Positions 25,901 through 36,906 of a stretch of 64,000 bases of DNA are shown piece by piece. The DNA is from Anthoceros angustus (taxonomy: Eukaryota; Plantae; Anthocerotophyta): NCBI GenBank assembly GCA_010909165.1, contig MU008189.1, positions 310,001-374,000 of the forward strand, in the 5' to 3' direction. Every line of letters starts with the position of its first letter. The stretch's first letter is position 1. A program made the position numbers and the translations under genes. The notes below the pieces were generated by a model that was not told the origin of the DNA, did not search any database, and worked only from the letters and a program-made list of their open reading frames with translations.

Positions 25901-27287
25901 AAAAACGGATGAAAACCCGACCAATATTGAATGCGCTTGATAGGTATGCCGGTGGGGCGTGCACAAGAATGGAAACCCTAAAATCACCTGCATTGCGCAT
26001 CAAACGCACTAGCTCGTCAGCAAGGGTGTATCCAGAGGGGCACAACATAGTATCCTGGCAGCACTGTGCAGCAGTACCTGAACCAGTGCAGCGTACGAAA
26101 CTGCTGTTACAAATTCTCACAGTGACAAGGTCTGCAAACATGGATGTAAAATTTTGGGTAAGAAAGAAACACAAGTAGATTGAGAAGGTGGCCGACGATC
26201 AACATCAAGAGGTTCAAGCAGCAGGGGTGGTGCATAAAGCAACACATTCATCTTCACTTGCTCCAGTACTGCTGCTGGCTTGTGCACATGGGCAGGCTAA
26301 GGTGATCTATCAGCTGTGTCCCATGCTGCCAGCTGGGGGGGAAAGAAGACCAATTTGTCTCCAGCTGTTTGCTGTGTTTTTCCCAGCTGACCTAATGTAC
26401 TCAGCTGATTTGGTGATTCATGACAATCACCAAATCCTGATTTGGTGATTCATGATTCTCAGGGTCTCTCGATCTGTCAGTCGGGTGCCGTAGTTGCTAC
26501 TTTGTTGTGACAATAGCAAAAGACGAAATCGCACTTGCAGCATTTGCTCAGCGTAACCTAAAACCGGAGCCGGTTTGTGCTAGACAGGCTAGTTGCCACA
26601 ACACACAAACCGGATAAACCAGATGACAAAGACGAGCTATTAAACCTACTCAGCACTCGAATGACACGACCGATATCTGACTCCCATTGTGAATCCCAAT
26701 TGCAAACGTTTCGCATTCAATCTCAGAGCGACAGTTGCAAGCGGCATCTTTTGACACGCAAACAAAGGAGACGCTCCAAACCTTATCTGCATAGCATCTG
26801 GGAACGTAGAAGGAAGGACGACTTGTGCAGCATTGCGCTAGGCACAGTGCTTACCGATTTTAGCCAAGTCTTGGAAAGGAATCACGAGGTCCGGATCATC
26901 TCTGGTGCAATTTCGATAACAGAGCTTATGGAATGCACTCTCCTGCAACATGCTGTGAAGCGGGCTCACCACACGAGGGATAGAGGACAAGGAAGAATCT
27001 ATCAAAATGGAAAATGCTGCAGAAAGCCTGCCCGGCTACGTCGCCGCGACTTCCTCACTTCTCACAGCACATGCATGCATGGCGGGCTGCTGATCTGCTG
27101 TGGAGTTTCGTAACGCCCATGAATGCATATAAAATGCTGTCGTGATCCAACTTCCAAGCAATGCCCTTGAAACTGGTGCCTCTCTCCTTCAGTCCTGAAC
27201 CAGCTACTCCGCAACACATTCAAGTTCAGAACGGTAGAGCCTTGGATTGCACAATTGTTGCCCTCGAAAACAAGCAGCTGTTGGATC

Positions 27288-28819
27288 ATGGACTGGGTTG
27301 ATGCAATCCTGCTTGCGGTAGCGGGATTGTTGGCCATTGTCCATATTGCGACTCAAGCAGATAAGTGGTCCAGCAGCGGAAGAAAGTTTCGCCTTCCCCC
27401 AGGCCCGCCAACATGGCCAGTGGTGGGAAACCTCTCCATTTTCTCCGATCCCAGTCCCCACTCCCGCCTGGAGGAGCTGGGCAACAAGTTCGGACCTGTC
27501 ATGTCCATCCGCCTGGGCTCAAACCTGGCTGTGGTTGTCTCATCCGCGGACATGGCTAGAGAGGTGATGAAAGTGCAGGACAACAATTTCGCATCCCGAC
27601 CCCCGCTTACAGCCTTCCATCACCTGGTTTTCCAGGAAGGAACGTGCGGATTTCAACCCCTCGGACCCAGGCACCAGTATGTGAGGTAAGCCTGATTGAT
27701 GGTCGTTGCAAGATTACAAATCTTGCAACCTTAACTTGCCCTGGTGCACACATGATGGACATGGTTCAGTTTTCAGAAAGATCATGGTGACAGAGCTGTT
27801 GACTTCCAAGCGAACTCAGCGATTCGAGGGATCCAGAAGCCAAGAACTGGATGCTGCCATCAAATCCATTCTGCACAAGAGTGGGCAAGAGGTCGACATC
27901 CACCACCTGGGAATCACTCTGACCATGAACAACATGACACAGATGTTGATGAGCAAGCGCTTCTGTGAATTCGAGCCTGGAGAGCAGATTGTAGAAAAAT
28001 CTGCCCTGGTTAGCTCCAGAGCTTCTTCTATCGTCCTTGGCCGAAATCCTGGACGAATCTGAATCCATATGCTCCAGCCTGGAGCATTTCAAGAGCTAGC
28101 GTGCATAAAACGTCCTGACATGTGGCATCTATGGTGTGCAGGTAGATCCACAGGAAGCAGCCGAGTACGGCTGGTTGATCTGTGAGATCAACCGGTTGCT
28201 GGGAATCCCTGTGCTCGGGGACAGCATTCCTTTCCTGGGATTTCTGGACATGTTCACTGTAAGGAGCATGCAGAACTCTAGGAGCAGGCTGAACAACTTT
28301 CTGTCCAAGATGATCGATAACCAGGCAGCGAATGAGCCAATCCAGTACCCCCTAACCACATGACTTCCTTGAGGTATTGCTGAACCTCCAGGGGGAGAAA
28401 GTAGTCGACAGAGATCAGGCCACCAAAGGAATTTTGACGGTAGGACAAACCGAAAGCTTGATCATCCGACCATGATGGTGTTTTGTGCACGCCAGATATA
28501 CTGTATATGCTCACTCTCAGATTGTGTGTCGTCCTGAGCTGCGATCGCAGGATATGTTGCTTGCTGGAGTCGACTCCTCTGCCGTGGTAACAGAATGGGC
28601 TTTGTCAGAACTGTTCAGGAACCCGTGCATGCTAAAGAAGGCACAGCAAGAGGTGGACTGGGTTGTAGGGAAGGATCGTCAATTGCAGGAATCAGATCTG
28701 GCTAATCTTCCCTACGTTCATGCTGTTGTGAAGGAGACGCTGCGACTGCATCCCGTCTCTCCCTTACTTATCCCACATTATTACTCCATGCAAGACAGCA
28801 CACTTGGGGGCTACGACGA
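27288..28819 (+). pseudogene. Cytochrome P450 (CYP71 clan) paralogue, frameshifted and 3'-truncated before the heme motif
   Basis: MDWVDAILL..LPPGPPTWPVVGNL, RKIMVTELL, AGVDSS, KETLRLHPVSPLLIPH. A frame change at about 28320-28360 is needed to reach HDFLEVLLNL. The sequence switches to retroelement DNA right after GGYD. Confidence 0.85.
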
Positions 28820-31100
28820 AAGCATAAGGCTTTGTTCAGCATGTCGTCTTCCGCCTGTTGGATGGCTTCCAACACCATCCGTCGGAGTGAGCGGTACTCC
28901 GGCCGCCATCGGGCTTCTGGTGCGCCGCTGCACCCCCGACGTGTTGTTGGAGGGCCGTAAGTGTGTCCACCACGGCCCTGCGTCCTTCCGTCAACCTGAG
29001 CCCTGTCACGGCTCGAAGCTGAGACCGGAGTTCCGCTACTTCGGCCCGGGAGTCCCTACCCTCCAATTCGCGGACCCGGTCTTAGAGGAGCTGGACCTCG
29101 GCTATTAACCGCGTTCGGTCCTCCTCCCTGAGAGTCCGCTCCGCCACCCAATTGTGGCCGGTCTGCGTCTGCTCCAGCCGTAGGAGGCCGAGCTCGGCCC
29201 GGAGGGCGATCGCTTGCCGCCGTTGAGCCGCCTCTCCTGTCTGTGCTGTGCTCAGAGCGGCGTCCGCTCGATCGGCGCGCAGGATGCCTCACCCGCCATC
29301 GTGAGGGCTCCCTCGGTGCGCTGGTTGGCTTCCCCCAGCTTCTTCTGGAGGTCGCCCCGTTCAAGATAAAGTTTTACTTGGTTTGTCTTGAGTATGTATA
29401 TCATTTGAAAGATTTGAAAAATCTTTTTGCGACGTGCTTCCGGCAGGCCTCCTGGGCCTCCGTCTCCTTCTGGGCCCAAACGGTCCTTGCCGCCACCAGC
29501 GCGGCTTGGACCTCTTCCCGTTGGCTGGCCTCTGCGGCAGTCCTCGCCTGAGACGCTTCCTCTCGGCGTAGTCGGGACTGCTCCTCCTCTGCTGTCCGGG
29601 CTGCCCGCCCGGCTGCCTCGAGCTGCTTGGTCAGCTCGGCTTTCTCCCGCTCCAAGCCATCAGCCCGGGTTTGGAGCTGCGCCGTTGCGCCCTTGGCCTC
29701 ATCCCTCTCGGCCTGTAATCGAGTGTTGTCTTCTCGGATCCCGGCGGTGGCGTCCGTGATCCGGCTGCGAAGGTCCCTCAGTTTCTCCTCCGCTTCATCT
29801 ACGGCCTTTCGAAGGGCGACGTTTTCGCCCTCCCGGGAGGCGGTTTGGGAAAACGCCCAAGCCAACCCCTCCGCCACCGTGGCCATCACCCCCTGAGCCG
29901 CTGCCGTCGCCCCTTCGGACGTTGCTCCGTCGAAACGTCAGTTGGAGTCTGGCAGCTTGGCCCGCGTGAAAGAGGACCAAATGGCCCTCCTCATGGCCTC
30001 GGGGTCGGTGATGCCGCCGTCGATGAGGACCTCCAGCACGATCGACCAGGGGAGATACTTCCTCCGGTCGCGCTCCTCCTGCTCTGGTCGGGGAGCCGGA
30101 GGGGGTATCGTACCAGCCGGCGGGGGGCTGGGCGACTTCGGACCTCGCCCCTTCTTGCGACCGTGGGGCGACGGAGGCCTCTTCGCCCCCGATACTCCGA
30201 TCCCGTGCTTCTCGTTGTAGTCCAGCTGGGCGGCCAGCTGGGCTAACTCCACCTGCTCCCTCGTCAGGGTGGTGTTGCCCGAGAGGGCCCACGGGAGCGC
30301 AAAGTCCTCTGGCTCCGGACTGGTGGGCCTCCGGAGCTCCGTCGGACCTTCCGTCATAGTCCTCGACCTCTTGGTGGTGGGCCCGCCTGCCCGCGTCACC
30401 GCCGGTCGTTTCCGACTGGGTGGTGGAGTCGCCACCCGCGCGACCGGAGTGGCCTCGACCCCCGTCGCTGGAGGGGCTGCCGGTCCTGAGGCCCCAGTGT
30501 CCGCCGGACCTGACACTGGCTCCTACGGGGCTGGCAGTTGCGATGGCTGAAGTGGCAACTGCACTGGCTGTTGAACCGGGCAGGTCCGTCGCCTTGGCTC
30601 TGCCGCGGGGGTACCCTGAGTTGGAGGGTCCCCGGAGCCTTTTGCGCCCGCTGCTCTCAACTGCTCGTCCTCCGATAGAGCGTTGAAATGCCCCCAAATA
30701 TGCGTCGGCGCCAGCCTTGACGGCGGGGGCTTCTCCTGGCGAAGTCGCTTCACCTCCGCCTGAATTCGATGGGCCACCACCTTGCCCCAATCCACCCGCT
30801 GATTCTCGGAGAGCCCGTAGACAAGCAACAGCACTCCGTCGGCGATGTGGTCGGTCTTCTGCACCAGCACCCAGTGCACGAAGAGCTTGGCGACCGCGCG
30901 CACCCGCTTGTCCTTCAAATCGTGAATCAACCACCCGTTGGAGGTCTTGAAGGACCCTTTGGTCAGCATCGCGTCCTACGCCTCCTTCAGCGCTGCTTTG
31001 TTGCGCTGCGCGCCAAGGTACAGCCCTCCGCATTCCTCCGAGGGCCGGTCGTAGACGGAAGATTATACCTGATTTGGCGGGCCCATGAATCTACCTTCGC
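28820..31100 (-). mobile_element. Internal fragment of a retrotransposon (Ty3/Gypsy-type accessory and coiled-coil ORFs)
   Basis: GC-rich co-oriented ORFs at 30523-30969 (SNGWLIHDLKD..VDWGKVVAHRIQAEV), 29938-30516 (Pro-rich) and 29401-29889 (coiled coil). They resemble accessory ORFs of plant Gypsy elements. No LTR was seen. Confidence 0.6.
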
Positions 31101-31329
31101 GTGTAGTTTTGGGACACGTGGCGAAATTTGGATTATTTGCCATATGGCCATATTTGCCTACGACACTTGGCTAGTCTTCGGAGTGTGCGTGAAGTTAAAA
31201 CAAAAAATCCTAAATCCTAAACCCTTAAAATAATTTTTAATTTTATATTTAAATTTTTATTTTTTACCGTTTTTCACTAATACTCTGAGTTATGGCATAT
31301 AGATTGTGCCTCCCAGCGAAAACTCCCCT

Positions 31330-33430
31330 CCCTATGGCATACCAAAGAGGACATAGGAGACGGGGCATTTTTTTTCTCGCGAAAGCCATGCAAGGCATAG
31401 GCATCTAAAGGAATATACCCTACATTCCAATACGGATTGTTTTCACAAAGCAAGGTGTTATTATGTCCGCTTTGGCGCCTAACCAAGAGCGGCCAAGCAC
31501 CAAAGGGACACACACTTTTCCTCCTCAAACAAAGCAGGTGTTTGCTTCAAAATTTTGTGTCCTTCCAACTTTGAAAACAAAGAGCCGGACACTATGTTTT
31601 CCTGCCTTCCGCCCTACCTTCGATTATGTTTTCTTGATGCTATCCCATGGCGCCAAACCCTAACCCGCCCCATCGGTTGCCAAACCCTACCTCACCATGC
31701 ATGGTCTTCAGTAATGGCCGCGGCCGACAGCCATGTTTGCGAACCACCGCACACGCCCACGGCCGTGTCCCCGTCTTCGCAGACTAGGGACTTTGCAATC
31801 GTGTATTTGTTAGGAACCCGCGATCGAAACATTAGCATGATCCTCTTCCAAAGCGGGAAGAAGCACGATCCCTCGAAACAAGCGGTGTTTGCTTCAAAAT
31901 TTTGTGTCCTTCCAACTTTGAAAACAAAGAGCCGGACACTATGTTTTCGCCTTCCGCCCTACCTTCGCGATTATGTTTTCTTGATGCTATCCATAGCGCC
32001 AAACCCTAACCCGGCCGCCATCGGTTGCCAAACCCTACCTCACCCATGCATGGTCGCAGTAATGACGCACGGGCCGACGGGCCATGTTTGAACCTGCACA
32101 CGCCCACGGCCGTGTCCCGTCAGCCTAGGGACTTTGCAATCGTGTATTTGTTAGGGAACCGCGATGGAAACATTAGCGATGATCCTCTTCCAAGCAGAAG
32201 CACGATCCCGTCAAACAAGAAGAGGGGATGAATGGAACATGGAACATGTCACGGCTTTAGAGGCGGGGCCTTCACGGTGGCATACCTCTTATTACAGTTG
32301 GGTGCACTAAACATCGTCCATACAACTTCAATCCCCACATCATGCCCAAGTCCTTGAACAACACCATGATTCCAACCCTTCTATACTACCAAGTCGCTAT
32401 ACGCGAGACCTTTCATTCCTCCGGTTCTGCGGTGGCCATCGGATCCCAAGCTGATGGGAGGGAGGCGGAGGAGGGCCGGAGGTCGCGGAGCGTGAGAGGA
32501 GGGGCCGAGGCGGGGCCGAGGCGCCGGCCTCGGATGGAGGAGGCGGGCATTTTTTCTCGCGAAAGCCATGCAAGGCATAGGCATCTAAAGGAATATACCC
32601 TACATTCCAATACGGATTGTTTTCTCACAGCAAATGGTGTTATGTCCGCTTTGGCGCCCTAACCAAGAGCGGCCAAGCACCAAAGGGGACACACACTTTT
32701 CCTCCTCGAAACAAACGGGGTGTTTGCTTCAAAATTTTTGTGTCCTTCCAACTTTGAAAACAAAGAGCCGGGACACTATGTTTTCCTTCTTCCTACCTTC
32801 GATTATGTTTTCTTGATGCTATCCATAGCGCCAAACCCTAACCCGGCCATCGGTTGCCAAACCCTACCTCACCATGGCATGGTCTTCAGTAATGACGCGC
32901 GCCCGACACGGCCATGTTTGCGAACCCTGCACACGCCCACGGCCGTGTCCCCGTCTTCGCAGCTAGGGACTTTGCAATCGTGTATTTGTTAGGGAACCCG
33001 CGATGCTGGAAACATTAAGCAGCATGATCCTCTTCCAAACAGGAAGAAGCACGATCCTGCTCGAAACAAGAAGAGGGGATGGTGCTGGAACATGGAAGCC
33101 GCCTTCACAGCTTTAGAGGCAGGGCCTTCACAGCAGCTGGCATACCTCTTATTACAGTTGGGTGCACTAAACATCGTCCATACAACTTCAATCCCCACAT
33201 CATGCCCAAGTCCTTGAACAACACCATGATTCCAACCCTTCTATACTACCAAGTCTGCTATACATAGAGACCTTTCATTCCTCCGATTTCTGCCATCACC
33301 GATCCCAAACGCTGCGGATGGGAGGGAGGCGGAGGAGGACGGGCCGGTCGCGGAGCAGTGAGAGGAGGGGCCGAGGCGGGCGGGGGCGCGGATGGCGAGG
33401 CGGAGGGTGAGGCGGGCGAGGCGTATGGCG
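31330..33430. repeat. Complex tandem duplication A-B-B'-C-A-B-C (B about 345 bp; A-B-C about 860 bp)
   Basis: A anchor GCGAAAGCCATGCAAGGCATAGG at about 31379 and 32558. B anchor TTCAAAATTTTGTGTCCTTCCAAC at about 31545, 31893 and 32727. C anchor CATACCTCTTATTACAGTTGGG at 32281 and about 33141. Confidence 0.9.
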
Positions 33431-34041
33431 AGCAGACTCAGCGCAATATCAGTTCTTGAAAGCCTCTTTTGCGCTTTGGGCGGAGGTTGCCACCCTTTCT
33501 CATATCAAGCAAAACACGTGTTTTTAAAAGAGATGTCTTGAATGGCGGGTTCCACTTAGAACAATGTAAGTAATATCGAGGTTTTTCCATGTATGCACAC
33601 TTTTGTTTTGATCGCGTCGGCGCACCCTTCCAGACTTACTGGGGAAAGGCGAGTGCCCGACTATGGGTCCAAAACACGTAATATGCATTCAAATCAAAGT
33701 CGGGCATTTTCCACGAAGGGTCAAAAGCAGGAATTATACGGTCAACGGACGAGCCCCTCATCTACAAGTCACAGCTACCCAAAGGGTCATCTACTTCAAC
33801 CAAATTGAGCTCCGAATCGCACCGTTTCTACATTTTCCAAATCCACGCCTTTCCGTGTCACCAAAGTCATCGCCTTCAACTGCAAAGCGAGCGTCGAGCC
33901 TCTTACTGCGGTAGTAGTGTGCCGTTTTCATCCCATATTGTCAATGCCAGTTGGTCTTCAACCGGCCGGTCGTCCTGGGGTCTGCGGAGTCCTTCATTCT
34001 GACCCTTCTTTCCAAGCAAGCTATACACTTGCATTTTCCTG

Positions 34042-36906
34042 TCAATGCCTCCGTCTGCACAGATCTCCTTTGCCCAAAACTTGCAGGCCCCAAAACTTAT
34101 CTGTTATTTCTTGAACTCGTCCGGCCGCTCCGTTCACTCGTTGTGACATATACATTGAGCATCGTGCGTCTTTGTCAATGGCCCTGGCGTTCCTTTTCCG
34201 TTGTATCCGGCCACCAAAATGATCCCGATCCCGCACGGTCAACAATCCGATCGTCTTCGTTGGAGAACATGTTCACCAACATGCCTAATAAGCCCACGGG
34301 TTTACGATATGGCGTCGACCATCTTATCACCGATGTGGTAAATCGACTTCTTCACCACGGTCCATGTCGGATAACTCTTGGCACTTTTGTTTGATGTCGG
34401 GAAAAGAGGAGCTTTTCCGACATTGGACTCTGTCCTCACTGCGCTTCATCAAATATTCCACTTTCACGGCACCAGCTTAGGTGGGATGTTGGTTTTCTCC
34501 CATACCAGGGTCTGAATGACTCCTTTCCTGCACCAAGACCTCAAAGCCTCCCTGGCTTGAATCACCCCATCCACCCCATGCATAAGAATTATCCGGAACA
34601 CATCGCTCGTGGTCTTCTCGTTGAAAGAGCTGATGATCTCTTTCAATTCTTCTTCAACGAAAGCCTTGTCATTCTCATGCCGCTGTAAACCTCGAGGGAG
34701 GTCGCAGAAAAGAAGAGTATACCTCCTCGGTGGCAAAAATCCTTTCATATCCAAAATGTCTCGATGCACCACGATATGCCACTTTGTCCAAGACCGGGCA
34801 CTCTGGCTGCTCACCACCATCCATGTCCTTGTCGGCCATTTGTTTTCGCTCTTCTTCCATCCGTTTCGATTCGCGCTATAAACAAAATCTTGGAAAGGTT
34901 TTGGCGAGCTTTCAAATCCTCAATGTCTCCCGGTTTACGCAAGCAGCGGTGGTGGTCGAAAACTCATTGGCGGCTGGAGTCGCGGTCGGTGGCGCACTTT
35001 TGTGCGGTCGCGGCGCCTCCACCAATGAACCGGCCACGGCAAATGCGCGCGGTGGCGGCGAGTCGGTCGGCCAGCGTCAGCGGTCGCGGTCGCAGCGCAC
35101 TAGTCGCGGCGGCCAGCGCGATGCGCGGTCACGCCTGCGTCGCGGCCGGCGCACTCGCGTTGCCTCTGGAACAAACAACAAGAGTCGCGGTCGGCCGGCG
35201 CACTGATCGCCGGTGGCCGGCGCCTCTATACACTCACTTACCACTTCATAAAAATTGTTTGAAACCAATTCCTTGGCCTCGGTATGTTTGGGAAGCTGTT
35301 TGGCGACTTGATGTCGCACACTTCATAGCCTTCGAAGGCATGCTCGATAAGGTTAATCTTCTTCTGCCAACATGTATCCATATCTTTTAGCTGCGGTTTC
35401 CTTGGATGACCTTCGGGTCACGCTATCAACATCTCTTCACCTTTCGTCCTTGGGACTCCTTGGAATGCTCTCCATGCCCTTAGAGCATTGGAGCCGGACG
35501 GTCGATTAGGGGCCCACTGTGTAGTTGGGTCTTGTGGCTTCCGTTTGCTTTCGCCCCGTCGTCACAGCTGTTCACCGCCGGGAGTTCGCACTTCTCCCAC
35601 ATCGGAAAATGGTGTCCACGTTCTCCCACAATTTACCCCTGCACCTCATCCTCAGCAGCGAGTCTTCCATCCACCATCTTACATGCATAATCGTGTCCTT
35701 GGAGTTTCCAGCCTCCTCCGGCATCCCCAGCAACTTGTACACATTGAACTTCCACCACAGTGGTTTTCCATCGGTGTGTCCGGTGCCAAATCTCAAGCTC
35801 ATCATGTATGTAGCGACTTGTTCAATAAAACCAAGCTTCTTCCTCTTATGCATACACATTGTGATCAACGCCCGGACCCGCATTTCTTCCTCTGTCAAGC
35901 TGCATATACATGGCCCTCAAGCCATTGAAATTTATCTTCCGGATACATTTGCGATTATAGCATGGCGGCATAGCAATGGTTCCCTCCCGGCACCCCTAGG
36001 GTGTAATCTTTGAGCTCGATCTCCTCGGTGCATCTTCTTCTTCAAGCACCGTCTTTGGATCAATCATGCACAAAGTGGGAGCGTCCCTTCCTTCAGGACA
36101 CATGCGCATCATCGAACAAGGCACTTCATCCATGCCTCATCCACCTTCCTTATCGAGCATCGTTAGAAATGAAGCGGGACGTAAATGGATATGTGAATGT
36201 CGAATGTTGTGGTTTGCACCCGCTTCTTGTAGGCCCGAGTCGAACCATCTCCGGATAGTCATCCTCCTGCGAAAGGAGCTCCGGTCGTTCGGCATCGTGG
36301 TCGTCCGGACAGCTTCCTCTTCGCATGCTTCCTCGACTTCCTTAATTTTTCCGCCTCGCCCACCTCTTCTCCATCACCACGAGATCTTGCCTTCCTCTTT
36401 CGCTTGATTGGTGTGCTCTCTGCATGGAAATCAAAACAAGATGCTTCAATTCTTACATGCGTTCATTGCGGAGGCGGGGCAAGCATTCTTATTCGCCTTC
36501 TCATCTTCGGTGACACGGGCAGTTGCGGATTCCCTTCTTCTTCTTTCTGGTGCGGCTGCCCGGCGCCTCCTCTTCGGACGAGGAGGGTCACCTCCTCCTC
36601 AAAAGCCTCATTCAAGACCCCGAGGCTGGACATGTTGCGAGCCATGGGCCCCTCGAGCTCGCCTCCGCGCCGGACCACGAGGCGAGGCGCTCCTCCTCTT
36701 CCGGAGGCTCGGCTCGGCACAGCCACCGGAACCTCGTCCTCCTCCATCTCCGGTTGCATAATCCGGGCATCGTTTGATGCACACACAACCCACCCGCTGA
36801 TAGCGGCGGTGCGTTCACCGCCTCGCTGCCCGATCACCGGTCGATCACTACACCTCTGTTCTTGACACCTTGATAGCGGAGTAGAACGCAAAATTGTTCT
36901 CCCCAT
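34042..36906 (-). pseudogene. ParB/Srx-like domain plus beta-class N4C/N6A DNA methyltransferase gene, frameshifted (decayed or sequencing-error-disrupted)
   Basis: Reconstructed across frames. ParB-like: SIRKVDEAWMKCLV..ELKDYTLGVPGGNHCYAAM..YPEDKFQWLEGHVYA.LTEEE (GGNH at 35976-35987). MTase: VVHRDILDMKGFLPPRRYTLLFCDLPRG (motif IV, 34689-34703), QTLVWEK (about 34500), KVEYLM, MVD-PYRKPVGLLGMLVNMFSNEDDRIVD-AGSGS-LVAGYN-KRNARAIDKD (motifs X, I, II; 34165-34312). Confidence 0.8.

Noticed and set aside
28485-29108. 207-aa ORF as a novel P450 fusion protein
   Set aside because: The C-terminal half is read-through into the antisense strand of a retroelement ORF after the break at 28819.
29795-31033. 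412-aa ORF
   Set aside because: Alternate frame of GC-rich retroelement ORFs; the better-looking frames are 30523-30969 and 29938-30516.
34298-34320. Alternative reading HIVNPWAY as the MTase VNP motif
   Set aside because: It uses the same bases as RKPV in the other frame. The PYRKPVGLL frame continues into motif I and is the better one.
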